64,000 bases of DNA from Scyliorhinus canicula (taxonomy: Eukaryota). The notes beneath the pieces are model-generated. The model worked only from the letters and a program-made list of their open reading frames with translations. It ran no database searches and was not told the origin of the DNA. Made by a program: the position numbers and the translations under genes. Numbering within the stretch: position 1 is the first letter of the stretch; every line of letters begins with the position of its first letter. The stretch is from contig NC_052176.1 in the NCBI RefSeq assembly GCF_902713615.1, positions 2,418,001-2,482,000 of the forward strand, in the 5' to 3' direction. Positions 49,406 to 62,590 of the stretch are shown here, piece by piece.

Positions 49406-49602
49406 GTAAGTGAAGCTAAGGTGACTGAAATCGCACAATGGGCAGATTGATTCTCAGCTGGCATTTAAAGAAGGAGCTTCGTGATCAGGGTCACTTTTTT
49501 TTTAAATGAGTGAGTCAGTCTCTTAAAGCGGGGCTTCCATTCAGCTGGTTGTGGGTTTTTTGTGTCTCTTCGCTGAGTTTGAGGGGAAGCTCAATGATAT
49601 TC

Positions 49603-51736
49603 TGTTATGTTCATCAGGAAAAAACATTGGGGCGATGCAGTGGTTAACACTGCAGCCTCACGGCACCGAAGACCCGGGTTCAATCTCGGCCCAGGGTCAC
49701 TGTCTGGAGTTTGCACATTCTCCCCGTGTCTGCGTGGGTTTCACTCCCACAACCCAAAATATGTGCAGGATAGGTGGATTGGCCACGCTAAATTGCCCCT
49801 TAATTGGAAAACAAAAAGAATTGGGCACTTTAAATTTAAAAAAGAATCGGGGAGAATGTGCAAACTCCACACAGACAGTGAGCCTAGAGCCTGCTAACCA
49901 CTGCACCACCGTGATGCCCCAATAATTTTAATTTTGTAAGATTGTGAGGAAAGGATACCCAGATCCAAGGAATTATTTCACCCAAAAATAGGGATATGGT
50001 AGATTGGAACAAACTATATTGCTTTTTTAAAATAAATTTAGAGTGCCCAATTTTTTTCCCCCTCCCAATTAAGGAGCAATTTGGCGTCCCCAATTCACAT
50101 CTACACTGCACATCTTTTTTCTTTGGGTTGAGGGGGTGAGACGCACACAGACACAGGGAGAATGTAAAAACTCCACACGGACAGTGACCCGGGGCCGGGA
50201 TCGATTTTCATTTCACTTCCTCGGTGCCGTGAGGCAGGAGTGCTAACCACTGTGCCACCGAGCCACCGCAGACAAACTATTGCAAACACATTATTAGAAT
50301 ATCTTTAACACCAGACAAGAAAATACCTCACATGTACCCCTTAAACCAGTGTTCTTCAAACTTTTTTTCCGGGGACCCATTTTTACCAACCGGCCAACCC
50401 TTGGGACACAACCCGGCCGACCTTCGCGACCCACCATTTTCTCTGACCTTGTTTGCTGCTGACAAAAATGGAGGAAATGGTTTTGGGTCCCTTTGGCCCT
50501 CGTACACGCTCCTCCAATGGAACCTGTTGGATGAAAGTGAATGTCGGAAAGTATGGAGTCTCCCATCTGTCCAAAGTTCTGCATTTTTTTCCTGTAAAAT
50601 GTTATCAAATAAAATCCCCCCCGAACTTGTAAAAAATAAATAAAAAATAAAATGAGTAAAATAAATGAAAAAAAAGAATAAACCCCCCCAAAATGAATAA
50701 AATAAATGAAAAAAACGAATAAACCCCTCCGAACTTGTAAACAAAACAAAATGAATAAAATAAATGAGAAAAAAAATTAAATGAATAAAATAAATGAATA
50801 AAAACCACTACAGAACTTGTAAAACAAAAAAGCTGCAACAGTTTAAAAAAATAACGGCCGCAATGCGCGATTGGGAGCGCCGCGGACAACGGCTCCGCGA
50901 CCCTCCCGACACCAGCTCGCGACCCACCCGTGGGGTCGCGCCCCCGACTTTGAAGAACACTGCCTTAAACAATGCTAATCAATACAGTGACACTAACCCT
51001 TTGTTAAAATAAATTTAGAGTACCCAATTCATTTTTTCCAATGAAGGGCCAATTTAGCGTGGCCAATTCACCTACTCTGCACATCTTTGGGTTGTGGGGG
51101 CGAAACCCACGCAGACACAGGGAGAATGTGCAAACTCCACACGGACAGTGACCCGAGGCCAGGATCGAACCTGGGACTTTGGCGCCATGAGGCAGCAATG
51201 TTAACCACTGTGCTGCCCCAACACAATAACCCTGAACAGTTATCTTTAGTTCTACTCTATAGAACCATCTCCGACCTCAATCCACTTTTAAATACACTTA
51301 GCAGACTGAGACGTACTGGCTTAAGAGTTGTTCTTTGAGACTGTTTAAAGAGATTGACCTGAATCCTGTCAGGACAATGGAGATATCTCCAGCTCAAGTC
51401 TTCAGAAACTGTCTTCACGGTTTGACTTCCAGGAACCAGTTGAACAATCTCTGCTGCTCTGCTAAACTGCCTGGTGCTCTTAGCGCCTCCCATTAGTTAC
51501 ATGTTACCCAGCTGAAACACTATGCCTAGTTAACTACTCCACAGGGACCCCTTTTAATCTGAACAAAAATCCATTCGCCGACGATGTGTTGATTGCTCCC
51601 CTGGCTCCCGAATAAGCTTAGCTGCCTTGCAAACCAGGATTTTTTTTTAGAAACATTACCGTAGCAGCCACACATACACTAACGCAGGCTTGCACCAAGT
51701 ACATGTAACATATCTGAAATTCCTACACTCATCACA
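49603..51736 (-). mobile_element. LTR fragmented by nested SINEs and a hAT MITE (left boundary uncertain)
   Basis: End CCTACACTCATCACA matches 32838-32852. SINEs at ~49628-49920, 50030-50270 and 51005-51220. Confidence 0.5.
50347..50962. mobile_element. Non-autonomous hAT (Charlie-like) DNA transposon
   Basis: Perfect 14-bp TIRs CAGTGTTCTTCAAA / TTTGAAGAACACTG. Perfect 8-bp TSD CCTTAAAC (50339-50346 and 50963-50970) with central TA. Confidence 0.92.
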
Positions 51737-52236
51737 AGCAGTTGAAGAGGACGTTGCTGTGGTTGTTGGGAGGGAGGAAGACGGGGGAAGCAACTTACAC
51801 TGACGAGAGTCGTGTTGCCGGCGTGCAACACAGCCATCGGTGCCAAATTACTTATCTCCGTGCTGCACAACCTCTGGAATCCTTTTGCATTATTGCTTGT
51901 ACGGAACTGTGGATCAGCCTCCACCCTCATCCGGGCTTTTGTTGAATGGTCTCGGACGACCAGCATGGAGAGCGCTTTATTTTTCATTTTCTTAAATTAC
52001 CGTGTCCCGTCGAACAGAAACGAACTCGTCAATCCTGTGCAGAACCTTCTTGTGAAATGCTTGTGGTTAAACGCTTGCCGGTTTCATTTGGATGTTATTG
52101 ATAAGCGGGATGGACGAAATTACTGGGCATTTTCTAATCTTGTCGATGCCCTGACAAATAAAGGAGTTTTTCTCGGCCGCGTGGTTCTGTGTCTTCCGGG
52201 GTGGCGCTTTGAGCTGACGCAGCTTCTTTCTGACAG

Positions 52237-52359
52237 ATGGCAACTCGGAAGCAGCTGGTGGACAGGGAGCTGGAGGAAGTCAAAGCTAATTTTCACTGCG
52301 CAGAGAAGGAACTCGAAAGCCGCCAGAGGAAAGGGGACACTCTGCAGAAAAGTCTCCAG
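52237..52359 (+). CDS. CENPF-like: CENP-F-like exon 10 (MATRKQLVDRELEEVKANFHCAEKELESRQRKGDTLQKSLQ)
   Basis: tgacag| acceptor and CAG|gtgatg donor; 123 nt coiled coil. Confidence 0.9.
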
Positions 52360-52529
52360 GTGATGTTTAATGTGGGTCCTGCAACGTTTAAACAAACTTT
52401 CCTTCCAGTGTTTCTAGATTTTCTGCTGTTAGTAACGCATGGACTGGAGTACGTCAATTAGCCCGTGGGATCAGTTACACCGTTCAATTACATCTTCTAA
52501 CCCATAGCCCTTAAAAGTATAGGCGCTGT

Positions 52530-53440
52530 TGTGCTTTCTTGGTCGTAGCGTCGATGTGGGTGCACCAGGACAGATTGTTGGTGATGTGCACATCTAGAAG
52601 TTTGTACGATACTTCTCCTGAAGTCAATGACCAGCTCCTTAGTTTTGCTGAGATTGAGAGAGAGATTGTTGTCATTACACCACGCCACAAAGTTCTCTAG
52701 CTCCCTCCTGCACTCTGACTCATTATTGTTCGAGATCCAACCCATTGCGATCATGTCATCAGCAAACTTGTAGATGGAGTTGGAGCCAAATGTTGCCACA
52801 CAGCCATGTGTGTATAGGGAGTATAATAGGGGGCTAAGTACGCAGTCTTGTGGGGCCCTGGTATTGAAGATTATCATGGGGGAGGTGTTGTTGTTTACCC
52901 TTACTGACTGTGCTTTGTGAGTCAGGAAGTTGAAGGGATCCAGTTGTAGGGAGAGGAGCCAAGTCTTAGGTTTTGGAGTTTTGATATGAGCTTGGCTGGG
53001 ATTATGGTGTTGAAGGCAGAGCTGTAGTCAGTGGACAGGAGTCTGACGGAGTCCTTGTTGTCGAGATGCTCCAGGGATAGTGTAGGGCCAGGGAGATGGT
53101 GGACCCGTTGTGGCGGTATGCAAATTGCAGTGGATCCAGGCATTCTGGGAGTATGGAGTTGATGTGCTTCATGACCAACTTCATAACGATAGATATCAAG
53201 GCTACCGGATGGTAGTCGTTGAGGCATGCTGCCTGGTTCTTTGGCACTTGAATGATGGTGGTGGTCTGGAAGCAAGTGGAAACTTTGGAACGGAGTAGGG
53301 AGAGGTTGAAGATGTCCGCGAACACAGCCGCCAGTTAGCCCGCGCAGGAACTGAGTGCACAACCGGGGACTCCGTCTGGACCCATTGCTTTCCACAGGTT
53401 CGCTTTCAAGAACGGGTCTCAAGACTGCCCTCATTGCCCA
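52530..53440 (-). mobile_element. Rex1/Babar LINE RT fragment
   Basis: APQDCVLSPLLYSLYTHGC...KFADD and [10 protein letters not shown]...LDPLQFAYR motifs. Confidence 0.85.
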
Positions 53441-53678
53441 ATAGGAGGTGCAGGGGAAGCAAATGAGGGTAGGGTGGGATGGAGAGAGGGAATAGTCTAA
53501 TGAGCAGACATCCAATCTGACTTAACCCAGGATTGTGTGCTGGTGTCTAAATATGTTGCTGCGACATCAAGGTTATTGGTGTTTAGGCACTGATTGTTGT
53601 AGGTGGATCAATAGCAGTTTCCAGAGTAACTCGCTCACCTTGTTCACTTTCTGTTTTTGACGTTTCTTTTCCTTTCAG

Positions 53679-53814
53679 GAAGCGTTGAAGGAGAAAGACA
53701 ACTTCAGTACCTGGCAAACCCAAAGCACTCAGAGAACCACGCACCTGGAAGCGAAGCTGAAAAGACTGGAGAAAGAGCTAACTCTGAATCAGAGATCGAG
53801 AGAAGAAATGAAAG
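53679..53814 (+). CDS. CENPF-like: CENP-F-like exon 11 (EALKEKDNFSTWQTQSTQRTTHLEAKLKRLEKELTLNQRSREEMK)
   Basis: ctttcag| acceptor and AAG|gtcagg donor; 136 nt, phase 0 to 1. Confidence 0.9.
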
Positions 53815-54411
53815 GTCAGGGCTCTTACTGTCCTGGTTATTCCTGATGTATGTTGTCCCCTAGTGAAGTTGTTGTCGAAGAGTAACAGTGCTAAACGCTG
53901 GGCCCTCAGCTTGAGGTGAATGTCAGGCTCACTTCCCGAATGCCGAATAAAATGACAGATAGTTAGCTTTGTGCTGTGCCTTCTGGTCTCCCACAGGCCA
54001 CCGTTTGGAGGTTCCGTCCTGTCGCATTGGGATAGGACAGGATAGACCTCTGAATGGGTGCGAGCAAGGCAGTCTGCCCATTAACACGCCGACACTATCT
54101 GACTTTCCGGACTCTCCTCTGTTTGCACAACGGGAGTAGGCCTGTGTCCTTTGTCAATTGAGAAAAGTGGAAAAATTGGGCTTGTTAAGCAGCCTTTCAG
54201 TGTCAGGAGACTGAATCATGGGATGTCTCTCTGACAATTAACAGTGCGTTCACAAGCTTACTGACCCACTGACCGATTATAGTGATCGTTTGGGCAATGC
54301 AAAGTCCAATGCTATGGCAGTAAGGGCAGGTGATAAAGGATCGTTATTGCTATTCTGACTCTGGGCATCATTGCCATATACAACCTTAAACGTGTATTGT
54401 TTCAATTTTAG

Positions 54412-57374
54412 CTGAGAACCTGATTCTTGCAACCAAACTTAAAGATCTTCAACAGGATCATGAGTTCCAACCGAACTCCGGGAATGCGGATCTTGCAGCG
54501 TTGGTGTGCGAATTGACTAAGAAGGATCGTAATGAGATCGACAAGTGTGAACCGGACGAAGACAGCCATCAGTCAAACAATGTGCAGTCTGTCGGAATGG
54601 CGACAGTTGTAGGGTGGCCGGTGAAGGTCAGAGAGGAGGAAATGTTGGATTCAGTGGAAGGAAGTCAACTTGGAGAATTGATGGTGACGTCTGTCCTCTC
54701 AGACCAAGACAGTGAGGCCAACCTCGAGGAAGACTCAAGTTTTACCACCAAAGTAAAATTGGAAGTTGTGCCAAGTGGAGCATTGACAGAAACCCGCGGC
54801 TCGGAAGAAGCAAGGGACGTGTTCTCAGATCCCGAAGAGAAAACGGGGGCGCAGCCCCACGGCTTTGAGAAAGAAACTGAGGAAGCAGGTGGGGCAGAAG
54901 CTGCGGTTGCACCTGGTGACCACACAGAGAAGGGCGAGGCAATGATTGACTGGCTTGACAAACCAATCACCGCGTCCTGGCATTTCGGAGGACGCGAGGT
55001 GGAATTGGACGAAGTAAAAACAAAAAATCAGATGCTACAGCAAGAGCTGGATGAGCTGAAACAAACGCTTGACAGTAAAGTGATTGAAGACCAGAGAAAC
55101 CAGCAGACTGTTGCAGAACTGAGGCGGAAGCTAAAGCAGGTGATGCAAAGGAACGCCGCAGAGGCCGAGTCCCCCACTGCACTGGTCACTTTGCAGGCAG
55201 GGCAAATCAGTGCCCTGGAAAAAGACCTGGAGCACGAGAGAACCAAGGTGGCCAAAATGCAAGAGAGCAATAAGATACTGGAGCTGGAATGCAGCAAAGT
55301 ATCCGAGCTTGCTAGAACCAGAGATGCCGGATCAGACGGCGATGAAATTCAGATCCTGCAGAGTGCTGCGTCTAAGAAGATGCAACAGCTTGAGCAACAG
55401 ATTGTGGAACTTAACTGTGAGAAGAGTTGCATTGAGGAGATCATAAAGGCAAATGGCCGGCTGGACGTTGTTGCTGCCGCGGACGAGAGGGGGGACCTTC
55501 TTCTGGAATGTCTGGAGCACGAAGATGTCCGAAACCTCGAATTTGACGCAATGCCTTCAAACCATCTGTGCTGCGACCCGGGAGAAATGCTGGGGCGGAA
55601 GCTGGAGGAGGAGAAAACCCGTTTTGTGGAGATCATGAAGGGGGGCGACGGAGGCGGCCAAGGGAAAGGCAATCGAGAGCTCTTGTTCGAGTACTTTAAG
55701 CACAAGGTGGTCGAGCAACTTGAGTTTGACGAACGGCTGCTGGAGCATCAGAAACTCCTGGGTGAACTTCAGAAAATGTGCGACGAGCTGGCGGCAGGGA
55801 AGGAGCAAGAAGAGCAAGCGAAAAGGCAGGCGCAGGAGAGGTTTGACCATCTGCAGGCCAGAATTCACCGGGAGACACAGCAGTTAACAGTGGCGCTGGA
55901 AGTTCAAAGTAAGAACATTGAGGGACTTCTCCTGAGCATGGAAGAGAAGGACCACACCATTCAGGTTTTAAATGAACGCCTGCAAGATGCTTCAACGGTG
56001 CTGATACGCCTCCAGAAAGAGAATTGCGAGCTGAAAGCTAACTGTGAGACAGTTTGGGAAACATCCACGCAGAAGTGCGTCGACAATGCAGGTCTCCCCG
56101 AGGATATCGTGCTGGGGCAACCCAGTGGTGCACCGTCCCCTCAGGCCAAACGACATGAAAATGGTGGCCTGCTGTCCATGGGCGGGCGAGCCCTCACAAT
56201 CGAGGGAAGGCCTGCTGATGGGACCGTCCAAAATTCAGAGACCGGCTACGATGAAAACGTGTGTGATAACTCGTTGCTCCTACCTATTGAGCAGGCAATC
56301 CGTTTGATTCTGACCCAGGAGGATCAATTCAAAGAACCAGAGGAGCGCGGTTCTGCTGTCAGGAAGATGCCAGAACTGAACGAGGACCCTGCTAAACAGG
56401 AGCAGCAGACAACAAAAATCGAAGCCAGCCGCTGTGAGGCATCGCCAATCGGACCAAAGGAGCAGAGGGCAAGCTCTGTCCCATCTACCAGCGCTCCCTC
56501 GGGCAAATCAGGGATTACCTCTGCAGTTATTTGTGCGCGACAGAATATTCAGCTGACGCAGAACGCTGAAAGCCTACGGCCGCGTAAGGAGCAGAATGAT
56601 GTGGCGGGCAATGACGCCGATCAGAGACAGAGCATCAGATGTCCTGGTGGTTTGCAGATGAAGATCGGCGAGCTGCAGGAGGAGTCGGTGAGCCTACACA
56701 CCAAGACATCCCCGGGCGAAGCTGAAACACCGACTGAGAAGGGAACAACGGAAACTGCCGACTCTAAATTTGCTCTGGTTTTAGGAGAAAAGCAGTCAGT
56801 TGGTGAATTGAGAACCGAGGCAGAGCTGATTGAAGAAGTGGAAAGGGTGACTGGCAGATTTAATGAAGCCTTAAAGGTCTCAGAAGAGGAACGCCAAAAG
56901 ACAGAAGAATCAAACCAGAAAGTGGTTGGCGCTTTGAACGAAGAATTGAACTCCTTGCACAAAAGATGCACGATTCTGGAACAAGAGAGGGAGTGTCTCT
57001 GTGCGGAAGTCCGGAAAGCCCAGGAGGCAGCCGGCGAAATGCAGTACGAGAAAGAAGGCTTAATGGAGGCAATCCAATCCAGCGAGGCTCTGCTGAGAGG
57101 GAGCACCGAAGAGAAAAACCACCTGGAGCGAGAGTTGGAGGCCCTGCGAGAGTGGAGGCAGAAGGGCCTGGGAGACGGCCCTCCCCGGCAAGCTGGAGAG
57201 GAAAGCGGCCAGGAGGAACGGCAAGCATTGCGGGGGACGCAGGACCAAATGCTGGAGCTGGAGGACAAATGCAGGGCGTTGAACAGCGAGGTGGCGAGTG
57301 CAAAGCTCACCCAGGAGCAGATTCAGGAAGAGTTGGAGAAAGCCCAGACTGAGAAGTCTGAGCTACAGTGCCAG
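54412..57374 (+). CDS. CENPF-like: CENP-F-like giant exon 12 (~988 codons; acidic low-complexity and coiled-coil segments)
   Basis: ttttag| acceptor, phase 1, continuing into the 977-aa ORF 54501-57434. CAG|gtactg donor. Open for 2.96 kb. Confidence 0.92.
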
Positions 57375-58427
57375 GTACTGTACAGTTTTGTTCTCCCTTT
57401 TATTTATCCGGATTCTCCCACTATATTTTCCTGAAGGGGCCTAACGTTGCAGGGCTCTGACTCCATGCATGGATATGCCCAGGGTTTAAGCGAGGCCGTT
57501 TCCGTCCCCTGTTCTGCTTCATAGCAGAAAGCCTTGTATTTACACAGCACCATTCCATGACCAGGATGGCTCAAAGACTTTTATTTACAGCCAGTGTAGT
57601 GTAGGAAATGTTAGTATATTTATTATCCTACCTGCCTCCACTTTTCACGTGACTGGTTTGCATTGCCCTGGGGTTGAGTCGAAAGTCCTTTTGAGATCAG
57701 TCTGGGATCTGGGGGATCTTGAGGGTTGGGGTTTGGTCGCATCTGGACTGTCTCTGGGAGTCTTGCAACAGACGGCGCAGGGCAGTAGTTGTTACCACCT
57801 TTATAAATTTTAATTAATTTTACATCACGTTGGAAGAGTTTATAGAACCACCAAACGTGTCTATATTTAGACAATTCTGCGCAGTAATGAGGGACATTAA
57901 AATAAGGACCCATTCACCCTCTCACTCAGTGAAAGGTCCCTCTGCACTGTTTTGTAAAGAATATAACAGCCATCCCTCGTGCCCTGGTCAATAATTAACC
58001 CTCTGGTACCATCACAGTGATCTAATTATTTGCTGTTTGTGGGGGCTTGACATTAACAACTTGGCTGCCGCGTTACAATGGCGACAATTACTTCATTGAC
58101 TGTAAACTCCTTTGGAATGTCTTTTTTAAAATTATTCATTCATGGAATGTTGGCGTCCCTGGCTGGGCCAGAATTTGTTGCCCATCCCTAACTGCTCCTT
58201 GAACTGAGCTGCCAGGCATTAAGAGTCTACCTTGTTGCTGTGGATTTGGAGCCACATGTAGGCCAGGCCGAGTAAGGGAGGCAGATTTCCTTTGTGAACC
58301 AGGTGGGTTTTTAATGAAAATTGACCCAAGTGCTTTCATGGACATCGTTAGATTTTAAATTCCAGGTTTTTATTGAATTTAAATTACACAAGCTACCGTG
58401 GTGGGATCCGAACCCGGGTCGCCAGAG

Positions 58428-58725
58428 CATGGTGGGTTAGCATTGCTGTCTCACGGTGCCAGGGACCCGGGTTCGATTCCAGCCTTGGGTGACAGTGTGG
58501 AGTTTGCAAGTTCTCCCGTGTCTGCGTCGGTTTCCTCCCACATTCCAAAGATGTGCAGGTTGGGTGGATTAGCCATTCTAAGTTGCCCTTCGTGTCCAAA
58601 GACTTGTGGGTTTGGTGGGGTTATAGGGATAGGGCGGAGGAGTGGGCCCAGTTAGGGCACTCTTTATAAGGGTGGGTGTAGACCCGATGGGCCAAATGGT
58701 CTCCTGCACTGTAGAGATCCTATTG
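58428..58725 (+). mobile_element. Older SINE copy
   Basis: Diverged head, core and tail. Confidence 0.7.
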
Positions 58726-59459
58726 CCCTAGGTCTGTGAATTACTAGTCCTGGGGTAATAATACTCCCCCATCACCTTCCTTATGGTCATGAAAGGTGCT
58801 TTATAAATGCTGGCCATTTCATTCTCCAAAGCAAATTTTTGTTCAAAGTTTCATTATACGGTTAAACCATTTAGTACTTCAAAAGAGCGGGGCGACTTAG
58901 CTTCTCGTGTGGACATTCCATCTGCACAATTGTGATTATGACTTTTTAAAATCCCATATCAAAATGTGAACCGCCTTCCATCTCTCTCCACCCTCCCTTT
59001 TTCTCCCCCACTGAAATCTTCTCCAGCTCCCGGATAGCCAAACCCATGGTTCCATTCTTTGTGTGTGCGATGGCCGACGGGACAATATCAGTACGACATT
59101 GTGACTGGTTGCTGTCACAGCTGACTGTGCACCCCATCTCACTGATCCTCCCAGCCAGGCAGCAATTATGAGGTGAAATTCTGACCTGATTTCCCCTCCC
59201 TCCTGGAGAGGCACTGAGGACAGATTAGTTCCTTGGCTTCTCTGCTGTTGAGCTCTGCCAACTGGGCAAAAGGCCTGAAATTGAAAGCTCTCTGGTGCCT
59301 GTGACTCGGTTCCACCCTGACACACCCACTAGCTGAAGCGCCAGAGCCTTTTTTTTGCTCTGTATGCGTATGCTTCTCCAAGTCATGCTTCCAGTCCATG
59401 CAAAAATAATACACAAGAAGTAGGTGCACATTTATCACCCGTTCGAATGGTGCTTGCAG

Positions 59460-59619
59460 GTTGACCGTCTGCAGAAAGTAGCTGCCGAGCTGGACAGAGA
59501 AAAGATGGAACTGCAAGCCAAATTGAAGCAGTCAGAGAGGAGCCCTGTAGGCAAGGAGGAGATTCTGCACGAGAATGGCCTTCCTGAGGACCACCTGCCC
59601 ATCGGCAGCCAGCAGCTAG
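59460..59619 (+). CDS. CENPF-like: CENP-F-like exon 13 (VDRLQKVAAELDREKMELQAKLKQSERSP...)
   Basis: ttgcag| acceptor and TAG|gtaccg donor; phase 0 to 1 bridges exons 12 and 14. Confidence 0.85.
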
Positions 59620-61277
59620 GTACCGTGTGAATGACCTGTCATACATTATTATTCCTCATCAATTTGGTGGTGGCAGCTATTGTGTAGGAAGGCGGCGGGC
59701 TTTCGGAAACTTTGGGATCTCCCATTTACTGGAGGATTCTCCTTTCATTTGCAGACGGTCAACAGGCCATTTGTTTCAGCACGATTCGCCACTCTTCAGC
59801 TACATGTCCAAATACAGAAAGACCTGGACAATGTCTGGGCTGACAGGTGGCAAGTAACATTAGCACCACACCCAAGTGCCAGGCAATGGCCATCTCCTAT
59901 AGAACTAGGCCAGTCATATAAATACTGTGGCTACAAGAGGAGGTCAGAGGCTGGGAATCCTGCAGAGAGTAACTTGCCCCCTGACTCCCCTCCCCAAAGC
60001 CTGCGAGGCACAAGTCAGGAGTGCGCTGGAATAAGTGTTTGCTTTTGTGACTGATATTGTAAGAGGGTGAGCCTACGTCGCGATAGCTGAATGCTGTCTG
60101 CGTGCCAAATTCCCCTCCCCCTCAAGAACGTGAGTATGTAACTAGGTGAATACCTCTGCATTGAGAGAGTGTTTCATCGTGAGAGGTGCAGCTTTTCAGG
60201 CCCCCGTTTGTTTAAGGAGGGGCATTGCACAATTCGCATGTAGCTGTGCCAGTGTCTGGCCAACTTCCATCCGTCAGCTAACGTTGCTGAAAGTCAGCAT
60301 TGCTGCCACTTCTGGTTCCTTGCACCAGCCCGAAATGAGCTGCAGTGTTTGTCTACATAACAGTGCTAACTGCCTCTCCTAAAGTAATCGACTGTCAACC
60401 AAGTTAGAACAAACCCCCCCCCCCCAGTGAGTCCTGCCTGCAATTTGTCCCGTTCTCCTCCAGTTTGCCTCTGTACCAGGCCAATAGTTATTGAATAGGA
60501 AACTAGTCGAGACGTTTCTGAAGGAGGGTGATGGCAATACCGTCCTTGGGTACAGGCAGCTTGAACTGGTTCCTGAAAGTCACACCTTAAGTTCAAACTT
60601 TGTAAGTCGGAAGCGATTTTCCCAGAGGAACTAATGTACAGGTTGGGGAGGGGGGGAATTGTTCCTGATCCAAGGAAAGAAATCAGCCACGGGGCGCCCG
60701 GCGGATTTGAATGCTCTCAACTCCTTGCCCTGTCAACTCGCTGAGGTGACTGTTGATTGCCGCATGTCTCAGCACAAGTTCCTCGTTTCGCGTGGGGGAT
60801 ATAACAAAGCAGTTCTATTAGTCAGTTGCCAATTTAGCCATGAACGTGTGCGAGTCTGAGCGCTTATTAAAAACAACACAAGTGCATAAATGCATTTGGT
60901 TGTGCCAAAACAATTTAAAAGAATAAAACACCCGTTTCCAACCTAATAAAGCGGGTTCAACTAGTCCAGCTATGCAGAGGGGTGGCGCTAAACGTCAATG
61001 AACGCTATAAAGTCAAGATGGGGTGACGGTATACAAATGTAAGTGCCGTTCATCGTATCTCGAACGTCATAAAGCCAAGGACTGTCTATATTGTGAATTA
61101 GTAAATTCTCGTGTGCACTTCATTTTCGCACGAGTTCTTTGCACCTGTGGTGAACATGATGAAACATACATCAACTGCAAAATGGAAACCGAAACAAATT
61201 CTCATTAAGTTCTTTCCCATGGGGATTTAACCTGTCAGAAGGATTTTATAACGGAAAATTCTTGCTTTTCCTTTCAG

Positions 61278-61799
61278 CTCCGGCGCAAATCACAGCAAGG
61301 AAGCTGGGGGCTGACCTGGAAGCTTTGAGACAAACCCTTCAAGAGAAAAGTGAAGAGGTTGATCGCAATCTGTTCAACTTTTCCGACCTGGAGAACAAGC
61401 GTCAAGAGCTACAGGCTGCCAACAAGATCCTGTTTAAAGCTGTCAATCACCTTCATCAATGCAAGGCTAAAACTCTCAACGGTGACCCATTGAATGCCGT
61501 AGGTTCGGACCCACAGACCCCGACTGAAGATGGGAAGCCAGTCGCTAGACAGACGATTGGCAGAGAGCCTGCCCAGGCAGGTGAACGGGACCAGACTAAG
61601 ACCAACCTGAGGTCAAAGGGGCGCTCTGATCTTGCAGGACGCTTACCGAGGTTAAATCCTGCAGAGCTCATGATGAAGATCAGTGCCGCTGATCTCGCTA
61701 CTCGAATACAACGGAATCGGCAATTCAGGCATCACCTGTCTGTGGCGTTTGATGAAACAGAGTACGAACCATACGGACTGCCTGATGTGGTGCAAAAGG
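61278..61799 (+). CDS. CENPF-like: CENP-F-like exon 14 (...LQEKSEEVD...HHLSVAFDETEYEPYGLPDVVQKG)
   Basis: ctttcag| acceptor and AGG|gtaggt donor. EYEPYGLPDVVQKG matches the CENP-F C-terminal EFEPEGLPEVVKKG motif. The gene continues past the window. Confidence 0.92.
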
Positions 61800-61849
61800 G
61801 TAGGTTGCGAGCCTCGTTTCAGGGCATGCACGGCACAGTGTTGGAAACA

Positions 61850-62330
61850 GTAAAGCTCTCTCTGCATGACTCCCCACCAAACACTCCCAGGAAAGGTACA
61901 GCACTGGGTTACATACAGAGTAAAGCTCCCTCCACACTGTCCCCATCAAACACTCCCAGGACAGGTACAGCACGGGGTTAGATACAGAGTAAAGCTCCCT
62001 CTACACTGTCCTCATCAAACACTCCCAGGATAGGTACAGCACGGGGTTAGATACAGAGTAAAGCTCCCTCTACACTCCCCATCAAACACTCCCAGGACAG
62101 GTACAGCACGGGGTTTGATACAGAGTAAAGCTCCCTCCACACTGTCCCCAACAAACACTCCCAGGACAGGTACAGCACGGGGTTAGATACAGAGTAAAGC
62201 TCCCTCTCCACTGTCCTCATCAAACACTCCCAGGACAGGTACAGCAAGGGGTTAGATACAGAGTAAAGCTCCCTCTACACTGTCCCCATCAAACACTTCC
62301 AAGGCAGGTATAATACTGGGTTAGATACCC
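61850..62330 (-). repeat. 69-bp satellite array (~7 units), inverted relative to 47768-48302
   Basis: Reverse complement of the same unit. Confidence 0.95.
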
Positions 62331-62590
62331 AGTCTTCGCCAGTGATACCTTTCTCTCCATGGGTTAAGTAATTAACTGTCACTCAGTTGGGGAGAGTAGT
62401 GTTGTGGTATTGTCTGTTAAGATACCGGACCAGATCCCAACATTAGTTTGAATACAGGAAAGGAACCCACAAATACTTGTTTTCAATTTGTAAGACTGAG
62501 GAAAGGATACTTCATGCCGGAGTGATTCCACTGACAAATAGGGATGTTATATTAAAACAAACTATTATTAACGCAGGATTAAACAAATTA

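Noticed and set aside
54665-57310. Minus-strand ORFs over the giant exon
   Set aside because: Antisense shadows of the CENPF-like coding sequence.
60550-61235. Possible conserved non-coding element or extra exon
   Set aside because: Exon phases already join without it. It resembles a decayed Tigger-like transposon, but the match is too weak to call.
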